Positions 29,386 through 39,761 of a stretch of 64,000 nucleotides of DNA are shown in pieces. The DNA lies in the NCBI GenBank assembly GCA_905236715.1, contig CAJOMQ010000001.1, forward strand, positions 110,015 to 174,014, written 5' to 3'. The stretch is from an uncultured Bacilli bacterium. GTDB lineage: Bacteria > Bacillota_I > Bacilli_A > RFN20 > CAG-826. Positions within the stretch are counted from its first letter, which is position 1; each line of letters begins with the position of its first letter. A program made the position numbers and the translations under genes. The notes beneath the pieces are model-generated. The model made no database searches. It saw only the letters and a program-made list of their open reading frames with translations, and was not told the origin of the DNA.

Positions 29386-31173
29386 TTATTGAATCTTTTC
29401 AAAATCAGAAGCGCCGTGTTTGCATAAGGGGCAGACATAATCTTCGGGGAGTTCTTCTCCTTCATAGACATATCCGCATACTTTACAAACCCAGCCTTTT
29501 TTCTTTTCTTCCGGTTTTTGTTTGACGTTTTTTTGATAATAGGTATAAGTCATCGTCTCTTTATTAGAAATAACACGTGACTCATTAACGGAACATATAA
29601 ACATTAAATGGGTGCCTAAATCCACCACATCCGTGACATCTAATGACATAAAGGAATTGATATATTGTGGTAAAACCACAAGACCATTATGACTTCTTTG
29701 GATTTCTTGATTAGCGAATTTATCGACATCACGACCAGAGACAAAGCCATATTGTTTAAAAACATCAAAAGGGGCATCCACGCTTAAGACATTCACGTTG
29801 AGTTTCTTAGTGGTCTTAATCGTGCTACAACTATAGTTGGCTTTACTGATATTTACCGCTACTTTTAGTGGATCACTGGTCAATTGGGTGACGGTATTAC
29901 AAATCATGCCGTTATCTTTTTTGCCATCATTACTTGTAATGACATATAAGCCGTAGCCAATATTAAATAAAGCATTTGGTTCAATACGAGCTTCTTGTAA
30001 ATCTTTGCGATTGGCGTATTCTTCACACATCGCTTTCGCTAAGGCATCAATTTGGTTGATATTTTCTTCTGTCATATCCGAGAGGATACGGACGGTAGGC
30101 TCCACGAATGTAATGTTCTTGCTATTAGCGAATTTATCTTTGATAACTTTGGCCGCCATCGGAGCCCATGTACCATTTTCAATGATACCAATGGTACGAT
30201 TTTGATAATTTCTTTCTAATAGATGGTTGATAAATTCATCCATGAAAGGGAAGATACCAGCGTTATATGTGGTTGTGGCTAAGATGATTTTGCCATATTT
30301 GAAAGCGTCTTCGACGCATTCCGCCATATCTTCTCTGGCTAAATCGCAGAAAGCGACTTTCGGGCAATTATTTTCTTTTAATTTTTCCGCGATTAATGAA
30401 GCGGCTTTCTTAGTGTGGCCATAGACAGAAGTATAAAAGATGGCGACACCTTCCACTTCGGGGGTATAGCTAGACCATAAATTATAGAGGTTCAAATAAT
30501 AGCCGAGGTTCTCTTTGAGAACAGGACCATGTAATGGACAAATGGTTTTAATATCTAAAGTCGCCGCTTTCTTTAAAAGAATTTGCACTTGTGGTCCATA
30601 TTTACCGACGATACCAAAGTAATAGCGACGCGCTTCACAAGCCCATTCTTCTTCCACGTCTAAAGCGCCAAATTTGCCAAAGGCATCCGCGCTGAAGAAG
30701 ACTCTATCTAAAGCGTCATAGGTCATCATCACTTCGGGCCAATGCACCATTGGGGCAAAGACAAATTTCAATAAGTGATGACCAAGGTTAATCGTGTCAC
30801 CATCATTAACCACCATTTTTCTTTCTATTTCCCTATGGAAATATTGTTTCATCATTTGGAAAGTTTTGTTATTTCCAATGACGACACAACGGGGATATTT
30901 TTCTAAAAAATTGATGATATTCGCGGAATGGTCTGGTTCCATGTGTTGCACGATGAGGAAATTAGGTGACTTATCACCGAGTACTTCACTAATGTTATTA
31001 AGCCATTCTTTGGTGAAATGTTGATCCACGGTATCCATGACCGCGATTAAATCATCTTTGATGATATAGGAATTATAGGCCATGCCATTAGGGACAATAT
31101 ATTGCCCTTCGAATAAATCGATATCATGGTCATTGACACCGACATAATAAATATCTTTTGTGATTTGTTTCAT
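29386..31173 (-). CDS. Multidomain flavodiiron protein: metallo-beta-lactamase-like diiron domain, flavodoxin-like domain, flavin-reductase-like domain and a C-terminal rubredoxin
   Basis: The N-terminal di-iron beta-lactamase fold has H-x-E-x-D-H (HMEPDHS). A flavodoxin-like segment (VAIFYTSVYGHTKK) follows. The C-terminus has CKVCGYVYEG...CPLCKHG, the two CxxC pairs of rubredoxin. Confidence 0.85.
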   Translation of the reverse strand: MKQITKDIYYVGVNDHDIDLFEGQYIVPNGMAYNSYIIKDDLIAVMDTVDQHFTKEWLNNISEVLGDKSPNFLIVQHMEPDHSANIINFLEKYPRCVVIGNNKTFQMMKQYFHREIERKMVVNDGDTINLGHHLLKFVFAPMVHWPEVMMTYDALDRVFFSADAFGKFGALDVEEEWACEARRYYFGIVGKYGPQVQILLKKAATLDIKTICPLHGPVLKENLGYYLNLYNLWSSYTPEVEGVAIFYTSVYGHTKKAASLIAEKLKENNCPKVAFCDLAREDMAECVEDAFKYGKIILATTTYNAGIFPFMDEFINHLLERNYQNRTIGIIENGTWAPMAAKVIKDKFANSKNITFVEPTVRILSDMTEENINQIDALAKAMCEEYANRKDLQEARIEPNALFNIGYGLYVITSNDGKKDNGMICNTVTQLTSDPLKVAVNISKANYSCSTIKTTKKLNVNVLSVDAPFDVFKQYGFVSGRDVDKFANQEIQRSHNGLVVLPQYINSFMSLDVTDVVDLGTHLMFICSVNESRVISNKETMTYTYYQKNVKQKPEEKKKGWVCKVCGYVYEGEELPEDYVCPLCKHGASDFEKIQ

Positions 31174-31176
31174 CTT

Positions 31177-31683
31177 TTATAAACCAAGCCATTTCTTTAA
31201 AGAATCATCGCAATGTTCGGCATCATGTCCACGACAAGCATAACCCGATTTCACGATGGCCCCTTTCACTTGGGCTCTTAATTCTAATTCACCGATACCA
31301 AAGGCACCTTCTTCATTTGTGCAGAATGGAATAACGGTTTTACCCACAAAGTCATACTTTCTTAAGAAAGTAGCGACAATTCTGGGATAACTTCTATACC
31401 AATTGGGGAAACCAACATAGATGACATCATAGTCATCTAAATTGTCTTTGGGATTTAAGAATTTGATTTCCGCATTGGCCATGTCTTCGTTTCTGGCGCG
31501 ACGGACACATTCTTCATAATTCGTCGGATAGGGATCTTCGGGAATTAAAGGATAAAGTTCACCACCGGTATATTGGGCAATCTTTTCGGCAACAATTTCC
31601 GTAAAACCTTTTTGAATAATTTCGATTTCACCTTGCACCATGTTTTCTCCAACACGGGAGAAATATGCGACTAAAGTTTTCAT
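31177..31683 (-). CDS. Flavodoxin-like protein
   Basis: The 168-aa ORF starts MKTLVAYFSRVGEN, a flavodoxin N-terminal FMN loop. It is in an operon with the flavodiiron gene. Confidence 0.8.
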   Translation of the reverse strand: MKTLVAYFSRVGENMVQGEIEIIQKGFTEIVAEKIAQYTGGELYPLIPEDPYPTNYEECVRRARNEDMANAEIKFLNPKDNLDDYDVIYVGFPNWYRSYPRIVATFLRKYDFVGKTVIPFCTNEEGAFGIGELELRAQVKGAIVKSGYACRGHDAEHCDDSLKKWLGL

Positions 31684-31832
31684 ATTTTTTCTACCTCTCG
31701 TAGTAATTGTAAATTATGTCTTGGATATTTGCTATTTAAAAAAGGAAAAAATCCTTTTAAGCATATTTCTTGCAGTTAGACATGTCTAACTATATAATTT
31801 CTCTTGATAAATAACGAAAGGAAAATGTATCT

Positions 31833-33161
31833 ATGAAAAGTATCGAATTAAAAGAATTAGAAAAAAATCTCGCGGAATATCATAAAGATGATAAACACAA
31901 AGTGTTAAGACACGCTTTAGTGAAAAATTCCCTTTTTGATGTAGTCACTAATCAAGATGAAATCAAAGATTATGATTTTAATTTCTCCATTAATATCAAA
32001 ACTTTACTAGTCACCAATCAAAAGCAATCGGGTCGTTGTTGGATTTTTGCCGCGACCAATTTCTTAAGAGAAATCATCGCCAAAAATTGTGAAATGAGCA
32101 ATTTTGAATTATCACAAAGTTATATTGCTTTTTATGACCGTTTAGAAAAGGTGAATTACACCTTAGAAGCGATTATTGAATTATTGGATAAAGATTATGA
32201 TGATCGTACCTTATCATTTATTGTCTCTAATGGCATCGGTGATGGCGGACAATGGGATATGTTTGTGGCCGTCGTCAATAAATATGGCCTCTGCCCCAAA
32301 AATGCTTTCCCGGAAACCGCGACTTCTAGTGGCACTAGAGACACTAATTCATTAATTAATTTCAATATCCGCAAATTTGCCGCGGAAGCGAAATCATTAT
32401 ATGAAAAAGAAGGTATTAAAGCGGTAAGAGAAGCCAAAGAAGCTCTCTTAAAGAAAGTCTATTTCCTCTTAGTGGATGCTTATGGTGTGCCACCAGAACA
32501 ATTCGCGTTTGAATACACGGATAAAGATGATAAATATCATCGTGAAGAAGGTTTCACACCACTTTCATTTAAAGAAAAATATATCGGTGATACCTTAAAC
32601 GAATATGTTTCTATCATCAACGCACCCACTAAAGATAAACCATTTAATAAAACTTATACCGTGCAATATTTAGGTAATGTTGTGGGAGCCAAAGAAGTCA
32701 CCCACCTCAACGTGGAAATGGATAGATTAAAAGAACTTGTTCTTTCCCAACTCAAAGATAACACGATTGTCTGGTTTGGTAGCGATGTCTCCTTCTTAGG
32801 TGACCGCGCCCTTGGCATCTGGGATGATCATCGTTTTGACCCCTACACTCCATTTGGTTTAGATTACAAGATGGATAAAGGTGATTCTTTAGATTATCGC
32901 GCCAGCCAAATGAACCACGCGATGTGCATTACTGGTGTCAATCTCGTTAACGAGAAACCCACGAAATGGAAAATTGAAAATTCCTGGGGCAGCGATGTCG
33001 CGAAAAACGGCTATTACATCATGTCTGATTCTTGGTTTGACCAATTCGTCTATCAAGCCGTAGTTAATGTCAAATATTTAAATGAAAAGGAAAAAGCCGC
33101 GTTAAAGGAAAAACCAACTATTTTAAAACCTTGGGATCCGATGGGTTCTTTAGCGGATTAA
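31833..33161 (+). CDS. pepC: Aminopeptidase C (bleomycin-hydrolase-like C1 cysteine peptidase)
   Basis: The 442-aa ORF has the catalytic Cys context QSGRCWIFAATN and His/Asn near the C-terminus (NSWG). Confidence 0.9.
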   Translation: MKSIELKELEKNLAEYHKDDKHKVLRHALVKNSLFDVVTNQDEIKDYDFNFSINIKTLLVTNQKQSGRCWIFAATNFLREIIAKNCEMSNFELSQSYIAFYDRLEKVNYTLEAIIELLDKDYDDRTLSFIVSNGIGDGGQWDMFVAVVNKYGLCPKNAFPETATSSGTRDTNSLINFNIRKFAAEAKSLYEKEGIKAVREAKEALLKKVYFLLVDAYGVPPEQFAFEYTDKDDKYHREEGFTPLSFKEKYIGDTLNEYVSIINAPTKDKPFNKTYTVQYLGNVVGAKEVTHLNVEMDRLKELVLSQLKDNTIVWFGSDVSFLGDRALGIWDDHRFDPYTPFGLDYKMDKGDSLDYRASQMNHAMCITGVNLVNEKPTKWKIENSWGSDVAKNGYYIMSDSWFDQFVYQAVVNVKYLNEKEKAALKEKPTILKPWDPMGSLAD

Positions 33162-33168
33162 GGCATAA

Positions 33169-33196
33169 TAAAAGCGCTCCACCGAGCGCTTTTTTA
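33169..33196. terminator. Bidirectional intrinsic terminator
   Basis: An AAAAGCGCTCcaccGAGCGCTTTTTT hairpin flanked by A and T runs, between convergent pepC and the 33210 gene. Confidence 0.7.
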
Positions 33197-33209
33197 ATGA
33201 ATTAAAAAA

Positions 33210-33662
33210 TTAATAATGGAACGCCGCTAATAAGACGATACGCCCAATGGCCACCAAGAAGATAATAATAGACAAGATAAGGAAGATAATGGCTAACACT
33301 TTAATCGGCTTAATTTCTGATTTGCTGTTTTTTATAGAAAGAATAAATACAGGGATACTAAATCCTAATGGCACGGCAATTAATAAGATGATCGTCAAGC
33401 TAACAAACAACACCACAAAGATAGAGACAAAAATAGCACCAATAGCGCTACCAACACTATCGACTTGGGCAAATAATTCATTAATGGCATCAGTTAAATT
33501 GATTAAATAACCAATGATTAAACAAATAATGCTAACTAATAAAAAGACACCTGAGACAATTGTGCTTGGCAAACCTTTAATTTTCTTTTTCTCGGGTTCT
33601 TGTTCTTCAAATTGTAATTCTTCTTCCATGAGTATTCCCCTCCAGTGTATTAAAAATACCAT
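33210..33662 (-). CDS. Hypothetical small membrane protein
   Basis: A 150-aa ORF with three to four TM helices. Confidence 0.5.
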   Translation of the reverse strand: MVFLIHWRGILMEEELQFEEQEPEKKKIKGLPSTIVSGVFLLVSIICLIIGYLINLTDAINELFAQVDSVGSAIGAIFVSIFVVLFVSLTIILLIAVPLGFSIPVFILSIKNSKSEIKPIKVLAIIFLILSIIIFLVAIGRIVLLAAFHY

Positions 33663-33737
33663 AAAAATTTTTGGTTGTTAACATATAAGCAAGAAAAAGA
33701 CTTGTAACATTTTGTAACATTGATTATATTGTTGCTC

Positions 33738-34244
33738 ATGAGAGAAACTGTTAAACACAAAATTGTTATTGCCTATATAGATATATTGCAACACAAATCA
33801 TATCTTGATGTTTCCGTCAGTGAATTATGCCAAAAAGCGGATGTTTCACGCGTTTCTTTTTATCGTAATTTCGCGCATTTTGACGAATTATTAAATCAAA
33901 CCGTGGAATTTGTCTTAGAAGAATTATTAAAAAATAATTTGGAAGGTTTTATTAAAGGCGATAAACAAGGACAAAAGGAATTTGTTTATTCTTTATTAGA
34001 ATCAATTAAAAATTACCGCACTTCTATCCGTTATCTTTTACCAGAAAATTCGGTATTATTAACGGACCGTTTGGCCAAAAAAGTCATCTCTTATTTCCAT
34101 GGGGAAAATGTCGCTCCGGAAACCATTTATCGTATTACTTCGGATTTAGGCATTGTTTTTAGCATCATCAGTGTCTGGAGCAAAAGAGATTACGCGGAAG
34201 ATATCGCTGTGGTACAAAATTATATTTTGGAAAGACTTAGTTAA
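33738..34244 (+). CDS. TetR/AcrR-family transcriptional regulator
   Basis: The N-terminal HTH reads VSELCQKADVSRVSFYRNF. An ATG start at 33738 is preferred over the TTG at 33720. The tandem direct repeat TTGTAACATT x2 (33701-33721) lies just upstream. Confidence 0.75.
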   Translation: MRETVKHKIVIAYIDILQHKSYLDVSVSELCQKADVSRVSFYRNFAHFDELLNQTVEFVLEELLKNNLEGFIKGDKQGQKEFVYSLLESIKNYRTSIRYLLPENSVLLTDRLAKKVISYFHGENVAPETIYRITSDLGIVFSIISVWSKRDYAEDIAVVQNYILERLS

Positions 34245-34690
34245 AATAAATCCACTAAAAGGTGGGCAATATTTTCTAACAAAATAGCGTCACTTTTATT
34301 AAATCTATTATAAATAGGTGCATCAATATCAATCAGGGCCACGACCTGATTGTTTTTGATGATGGGTGTGACAATTTCACTTTTGGAAATAGATGAACAA
34401 GCGATGTGATCTTTTTCTAATAAGACATTATCAATGATAATCGTTTTCTTTTCACGATAACTACGGCCGCATATACCTTTATCAAAAGGGATAAAAGAAC
34501 AGGCGACTTCACCTTGGAAGGGTCCTAAATATAAGCCATCTTCACTAGAAAGATAAAAACCACACCAATTGATGTTTTCTAATTGGTTTAAAACCGCACT
34601 GACATTACTGAGGTTAGTAATAAGGGGATATTTAGGATTGATAATGGCTTTAATTTGTTCTTCTAACATAATTTCTTCCTCTTTATTCAA
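34241..34690 (-). CDS. GAF-domain protein (free methionine-R-sulfoxide reductase-like)
   Basis: A 149-aa ORF with a GAF fold. It has a conserved Cys pattern (CGFY...GEVACSFIP..GICG). Confidence 0.75.
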   Translation of the reverse strand: MNKEEEIMLEEQIKAIINPKYPLITNLSNVSAVLNQLENINWCGFYLSSEDGLYLGPFQGEVACSFIPFDKGICGRSYREKKTIIIDNVLLEKDHIACSSISKSEIVTPIIKNNQVVALIDIDAPIYNRFNKSDAILLENIAHLLVDLF

Positions 34691-35669
34691 TCTTGGTTAT
34701 ATCTTCTTCTTCATCTATAGATGGGATGTCTTTCTTCCTTCTTAAAATAAGCTGCAAACAAAAGACGCCCGCAAAGCCGATAAAGAAAGCAAAAACAAAG
34801 CCAGAAAGAATAACTTCTTTTGGATAATCACTAACAAAAGCGTTGAGAATTTCAATTTCTAAAATAAACATGGAGAAAATAGCGAAAGTTAATGAAATTA
34901 AAGAATAAGATAAGGTGAGATATTTTTTTCTATTTTTCGCCCGAAAGAAATCAAAGATGGCCGCGCCTAATTTGATAAAGGTATAAATAGCGATGAAAAA
35001 GATCAAAAAGATATTTTTGGTAAAGGTCGCGTTACCAAAATAGATATAAAAAGTAATTCCTAACGCGGCGAAAGAAATTAAAATAGCGAAGACCGAAGAA
35101 AATAATAAAGCATTACCCGCTTGTTTTTCATCAGCGTCAATACCATATGAGAAGAGGCGTAGCCTCGCGGAAAAGCCAAATAAATAAATGATACTTAATA
35201 TCGCATAAAAATATTTGGCTTCATATAAAGCCACACCGACATAAAAAGCCCCCATCAAGAAGTTAATTGAGGAAGAAAAGCTCGCGGTAATGATACGACG
35301 GATGATTTTTCGGTTTTTCCAAAAAAGTTTTAAATTGCTCCACTTCCCCGAGAGATTATCGCCATTAATTTGCTGCACTTTTCTTTGAATAAAATTCACC
35401 AAGCAAAAGATGATATATCCTAAATATGAAAATGCTAAAAGTAAAAATAGCACTAAAAAGATAGGGAAAAGGGTTTGATTATCACGAACGGCGATGCAAA
35501 GCACCGTTGATAAAAAGACAAAAAAGACAAAAATAAGCAGATGGAGGGAAAATATTCTAGGTGGATAAATTTGTCTTTCATAAAATGAATTATAGCAACA
35601 AAAAATAATGAGTTGCACAAAAAAGGCACCTCCCATAGAATAAAGCCATGGATGATAATGATAAAACAT
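34683..35669 (-). CDS. Hypothetical polytopic membrane protein
   Basis: A 328-aa ORF with about eight TM helices. Confidence 0.55.
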   Translation of the reverse strand: MFYHYHPWLYSMGGAFFVQLIIFCCYNSFYERQIYPPRIFSLHLLIFVFFVFLSTVLCIAVRDNQTLFPIFLVLFLLLAFSYLGYIIFCLVNFIQRKVQQINGDNLSGKWSNLKLFWKNRKIIRRIITASFSSSINFLMGAFYVGVALYEAKYFYAILSIIYLFGFSARLRLFSYGIDADEKQAGNALLFSSVFAILISFAALGITFYIYFGNATFTKNIFLIFFIAIYTFIKLGAAIFDFFRAKNRKKYLTLSYSLISLTFAIFSMFILEIEILNAFVSDYPKEVILSGFVFAFFIGFAGVFCLQLILRRKKDIPSIDEEEDITKIE

Positions 35670-36247
35670 TACCTCAAGAGGTCCAGGTAAAACCTTTATC
35701 GCGCAAAGAATTAAAGAAGCAGAAAAAATTAGCGAAAAAACAAAAACGGCAAGAAGAAAAACGGTGGGAAAAAGCCGCAGGTAGGAAACCCACGAAAATT
35801 CTTGCGCTTATCTTTTCCATAATTGGTTTTATCAGTGGATTAATCCCCATCATATTAATTGTGGGGGCTTTAATTGTGGCTTTATTATGCTATATGGCCA
35901 CGATCTTTCTATTCATTTTCTATATTTTTGGTATTGTTTGTTTTGGTATTGGCTTTTTCATTTATGCTTCTGGCAAAGAAGGGGCCACGATTAACCAATA
36001 TCTCGCCCAAGCCACGGTACCCGCAAATTTTGGTACTGACCTTGTAAACTCCACTTTGAATATCTCTGGTTTATTGACCACTATTTTTGCCGGTGTTGGT
36101 TTAGCGTTACAAATCACCGCCTTAATTTGTTTATTCGCGTCTTACAAAGCTTTAATTAAAAGACATAAAGTTAGTTACACTATTTGGATGTTTATTGGCA
36201 TCATCATAACCACTGCTATTCTTGTTTGGGGAATCCTGAATATATAA
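35648..36247 (+). CDS. Hypothetical membrane protein with a Lys-rich N-terminus
   Basis: A 199-aa ORF with a KKQKKLAKKQKRQEEKR stretch followed by four TM helices. Its 5' end overlaps the divergent neighbour's 5' end if both annotated starts are real. Confidence 0.5.
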   Translation: MDDNDKTLPQEVQVKPLSRKELKKQKKLAKKQKRQEEKRWEKAAGRKPTKILALIFSIIGFISGLIPIILIVGALIVALLCYMATIFLFIFYIFGIVCFGIGFFIYASGKEGATINQYLAQATVPANFGTDLVNSTLNISGLLTTIFAGVGLALQITALICLFASYKALIKRHKVSYTIWMFIGIIITTAILVWGILNI

Positions 36248-36291
36248 AAAATCTTTTATTTATATATTTATTTCCAGTATGATTTTTTTGT

Positions 36292-37362
36292 ATGGGAAAA
36301 ATAACAGTCTCCGGAATTATTCGTCCATCTAATGAAACAATCACTAAATATGGCCATATGCGTCTATTTGCGGATTCTTCTTATATGCACGAATTTTTTG
36401 CCCCTGGCGATATTATTACCGTGGAGATGTTAGGACAAGCTTTTGATGTTCCCTATGTGTTAACTTTTATCGATGTTGATTGTTATCAACCAGCGATTTT
36501 AGATATTGGTCATATCGGTACTTATTTAGTGATGAATTATGGTGATATGGTTTCGTTAAGTAAAGTGGCTCATAAAAAGACCCACAAAGACCATTCCTAT
36601 ACATGGATTTCACCATATGAAGAAATTCCTTTCACCTTAACTTTGAAAGAAAAAGGTGGCTATAAACAAGAGATGATGGACCGCACTGTGGGAGTATATT
36701 CCACCAAAAGAGAAGATTATCCCCATCTCAGCGATGAAGAATTCGCTAATTTCCGCGCGATTGAAAAAGGTAAGATGGCGAAAGGTCGTTTATATCGTAT
36801 CGCTTCCCCGATTGATAATTTCTTTGGTAGAGCCAAAACTGCGGATAAAGTGATGAGAAAATACGGTATTACGCATGTGATAAATCTCTCTGATTCCATA
36901 AGTCATGTGAAAAATCACCCCGATTATAAAGGTTCCTATTATAGTGAAATTGATGCGATTGAATTATGTATGGGTATTGATTTCCACATGCAGGAATTCA
37001 AAGATAAAATCCGTTATTCTTTAGAATATATCGCGAATAATCCAAATGCGAAATTTGCGATTAATTGCATCGAAGGAAAAGATCGCACCGGCATCTTAGC
37101 GGCGTTTTTAGAATGTTTGATGGGTTATACATTAGAAGAAATTGAAGATGATTATATGCTTTCATACACCAATTATTACGGGGTGAAAAAAGGCGACAAA
37201 CGATACGAGAAAATCAAAAACAACATCATCATTCAATTAAAATATGCTTTCTTAACTGATAAATTAGACAATTTAAATCAATTAGTAACCCGTTATTTTT
37301 TAGAAACCATCAAAGTGGAACCCGCTATTTTAGAGAAAGTCATCGATAATTTGAGTCGCTAA
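36292..37362 (+). CDS. Tyrosine/serine protein phosphatase-like protein (CX5R P-loop)
   Basis: The motif CIEGKDRTGILAA is a PTP-type CX5R loop. Confidence 0.7.
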   Translation: MGKITVSGIIRPSNETITKYGHMRLFADSSYMHEFFAPGDIITVEMLGQAFDVPYVLTFIDVDCYQPAILDIGHIGTYLVMNYGDMVSLSKVAHKKTHKDHSYTWISPYEEIPFTLTLKEKGGYKQEMMDRTVGVYSTKREDYPHLSDEEFANFRAIEKGKMAKGRLYRIASPIDNFFGRAKTADKVMRKYGITHVINLSDSISHVKNHPDYKGSYYSEIDAIELCMGIDFHMQEFKDKIRYSLEYIANNPNAKFAINCIEGKDRTGILAAFLECLMGYTLEEIEDDYMLSYTNYYGVKKGDKRYEKIKNNIIIQLKYAFLTDKLDNLNQLVTRYFLETIKVEPAILEKVIDNLSR

Positions 37363-37460
37363 AAAGTTTGATGACCACAAAAAATATAAATAAATATTTA
37401 TTATTAGAATAATAGAAATATAAAATATTAGAGTGTCTTTGAAAAAGGAGAACATCCCTT

Positions 37461-38876
37461 ATGAAATATGATGTCATCATCGTCGGAGCGGGACCATGTG
37501 GTTATTTCTCTGCTTACGAATTAATCAAAAAGAACAAGAATTTGAAAATTCTTCTTATTGATAAAGGTTTAGACATCACGAAAAGAAGATGTCCTGTTTT
37601 AGAACATAAAATTAGTAAATGCCCCGTTAATCCAAAAGGATATAATGGCTGCTATCCAGCATGCAGTATCACCAATGGCTTTGGTGGCGCTGGTGCCTAT
37701 TCTGATGGCAAATTCAATATCACCACCGAATTTGGTGGCTGGTTAACTGATTATATGAGCGATGAAGAATTATTAGATCTCATCCACTACGTCGATGAAA
37801 TCAATCTTTCTTATGGAGCGACAAAAACAATCACTTGCCCATCCACCGAAGAAGTTAATCGCATCGAAAGAAAAGCGATGTCCGTCGGTTTGAAATTATT
37901 AAAAAGCCAAGTCAGACACTTAGGTACAGAAGAAAATTTAAAAATATTAACCAAAATATATAATGATTTAAAAGATGTCATCGATATGCGATTCGCCACA
38001 CCTGTTAAAGATATTATTGTCAAAGACAATAAAATCAATGGTGTTGTCTTAGAAAACGGGGAACAAATCGAAGGTGATTATGTCTTATTATCCGTCGGTA
38101 GAGAAGGCAGTAATTGGCTCAATAATCTCTTTGAAAAATATCATATTGAAATGACGCAAAACCAAGTCGATATCGGTGTGCGTGTCGAATGCCCAAATAT
38201 CGTCATGGATGAAATAAATAAGAATCTATATGAGGGTAAATTTATCTATAAGACTTCTACTGGCAGCACCGTAAGAACATTTTGTTCTAATCCCGGTGGC
38301 CATGTCGTTATGGAAAATTATGAAGGTGTGGTTAATGTCAACGGACATAGTTACGCCGATCCCAAATTATATAGCGAGAACACTAATTTTGCTTTATTAG
38401 TCACTCACCACTTCGAAGAACCATTTAAAAAACCCAATGAATACGCTTTAAAAGTTTCTTCTTTGGCTAATCAATTAGCGTGTGGCTCGGTCATCGTACA
38501 AAGATTTGGTGATATTTTAAAAGGTAGAAGAAGCACGGTTAAACGTATTAACGAAGGATTCGTTAAACCAACATTAAAAGAAGCGGTACCTGGTGATTTA
38601 GCTTTGTGCTTACCACAAAAAACGATGCAATCAATTATTGAAATGATTCATGCTTTAGACACGATTACTCCTGGTATCGCTACTGAACACACTCTTTTAT
38701 ATGGTGTAGAAGCCAAATATTATAGCGCGCACCCCGATATCGATAACAAATTAGAAGTACAAGGTATCCAAAATCTCTATGTGGGTGGGGATGGCGCCGG
38801 TCTCACCCGTGGATTAGCGCAAGCGGGTGCTTGTGGCGTTTATATCGCGAGAAATATCTTAGACAAAATAGGTTAA
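37461..38876 (+). CDS. FAD-dependent oxidoreductase (COG2509-like)
   Basis: The N-terminus reads YDVIIVGAGPCGYFSAYEL, a Rossmann GxGxxG FAD-binding motif. The ORF is 471 aa. Confidence 0.8.
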   Translation: MKYDVIIVGAGPCGYFSAYELIKKNKNLKILLIDKGLDITKRRCPVLEHKISKCPVNPKGYNGCYPACSITNGFGGAGAYSDGKFNITTEFGGWLTDYMSDEELLDLIHYVDEINLSYGATKTITCPSTEEVNRIERKAMSVGLKLLKSQVRHLGTEENLKILTKIYNDLKDVIDMRFATPVKDIIVKDNKINGVVLENGEQIEGDYVLLSVGREGSNWLNNLFEKYHIEMTQNQVDIGVRVECPNIVMDEINKNLYEGKFIYKTSTGSTVRTFCSNPGGHVVMENYEGVVNVNGHSYADPKLYSENTNFALLVTHHFEEPFKKPNEYALKVSSLANQLACGSVIVQRFGDILKGRRSTVKRINEGFVKPTLKEAVPGDLALCLPQKTMQSIIEMIHALDTITPGIATEHTLLYGVEAKYYSAHPDIDNKLEVQGIQNLYVGGDGAGLTRGLAQAGACGVYIARNILDKIG

Positions 38877-38901
38877 TTAAAAAAGTTTTCTTAAATAACA
38901 T

Positions 38902-38942
38902 AAAAAGGATTAGATTTTCGCATTTCATCTAATCCTTTTTTA
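38902..38942. terminator. Bidirectional intrinsic terminator
   Basis: A 10-bp stem (AAGGATTAGA/TCTAATCCTT) with an A-run on one side and a T-run on the other, between convergent genes. Confidence 0.75.
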
Positions 38943-38957
38943 AAACTTCTTTTCTGA

Positions 38958-39722
38958 TTATGCGGCTAATTGAGGTGGATCTTGGAAAGTTAAAATTTGT
39001 TTTAAAGTCATCTTATCAACGACTAAATTATGAATAATTGTATAAATAACATGACCTAAGAAGAATCCGATTCCTAACGCATACCAGCTGGTCAGAATCG
39101 GGAAGCTATCTAATAAAGAGGCACCGATATTCATACATTCTTTCGGAGCAAAGCCTAAATTTTGCATTTCAAACACCCCAAGAGTAATGGCTACACAATA
39201 AAATATGAGAGGATAATAAATCTTTTTCATCGTGAACTTGAAATAGCCAATTAAAAGCATATAAATGACAAGCCAGAACATAAAGAAATGGAAAAATAAA
39301 GAAGTTAATGTGCGGAATGGGAGCCCCGGATATTCATTTAATGTATCAGGATAGACAATATTAGAGAATCCACCGAAAAGGGCGTAAATAAAGGCGCTAT
39401 AACTAACGGCGTTATTTTTCTTTCCCACTAAAACCGATATTGTTATAACAAATACCGCCAAAGAACAGACAGAATGAGGAAGAAACATCAACCAAGAATG
39501 TCCATCTTGCACATCACCAATCGTCGCCCAAATACGGTTTAAAATCGCTATGAAAAGAGTTAAACCGGCGGCAATCATGAGAACAATGCGTTGCGCTTTT
39601 TCTTCTTTCACATATTTATGTAATAAAATCATGCTTACGACTAAAAAAGCCGTGCCGAAAATCATAAAAAGAATGTGAAATAGACTGAAAGTGCCGTGCA
39701 ATAATTCAAAATAGAAATTCAT
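38958..39722 (-). CDS. Hypothetical polytopic membrane protein
   Basis: A 254-aa ORF with seven to eight TM helices. Confidence 0.55.
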   Translation of the reverse strand: MNFYFELLHGTFSLFHILFMIFGTAFLVVSMILLHKYVKEEKAQRIVLMIAAGLTLFIAILNRIWATIGDVQDGHSWLMFLPHSVCSLAVFVITISVLVGKKNNAVSYSAFIYALFGGFSNIVYPDTLNEYPGLPFRTLTSLFFHFFMFWLVIYMLLIGYFKFTMKKIYYPLIFYCVAITLGVFEMQNLGFAPKECMNIGASLLDSFPILTSWYALGIGFFLGHVIYTIIHNLVVDKMTLKQILTFQDPPQLAA

Positions 39723-39761
39723 ACAATTTGAAAAAAGGCGGGAGAACCGCCTTGTTAATTA

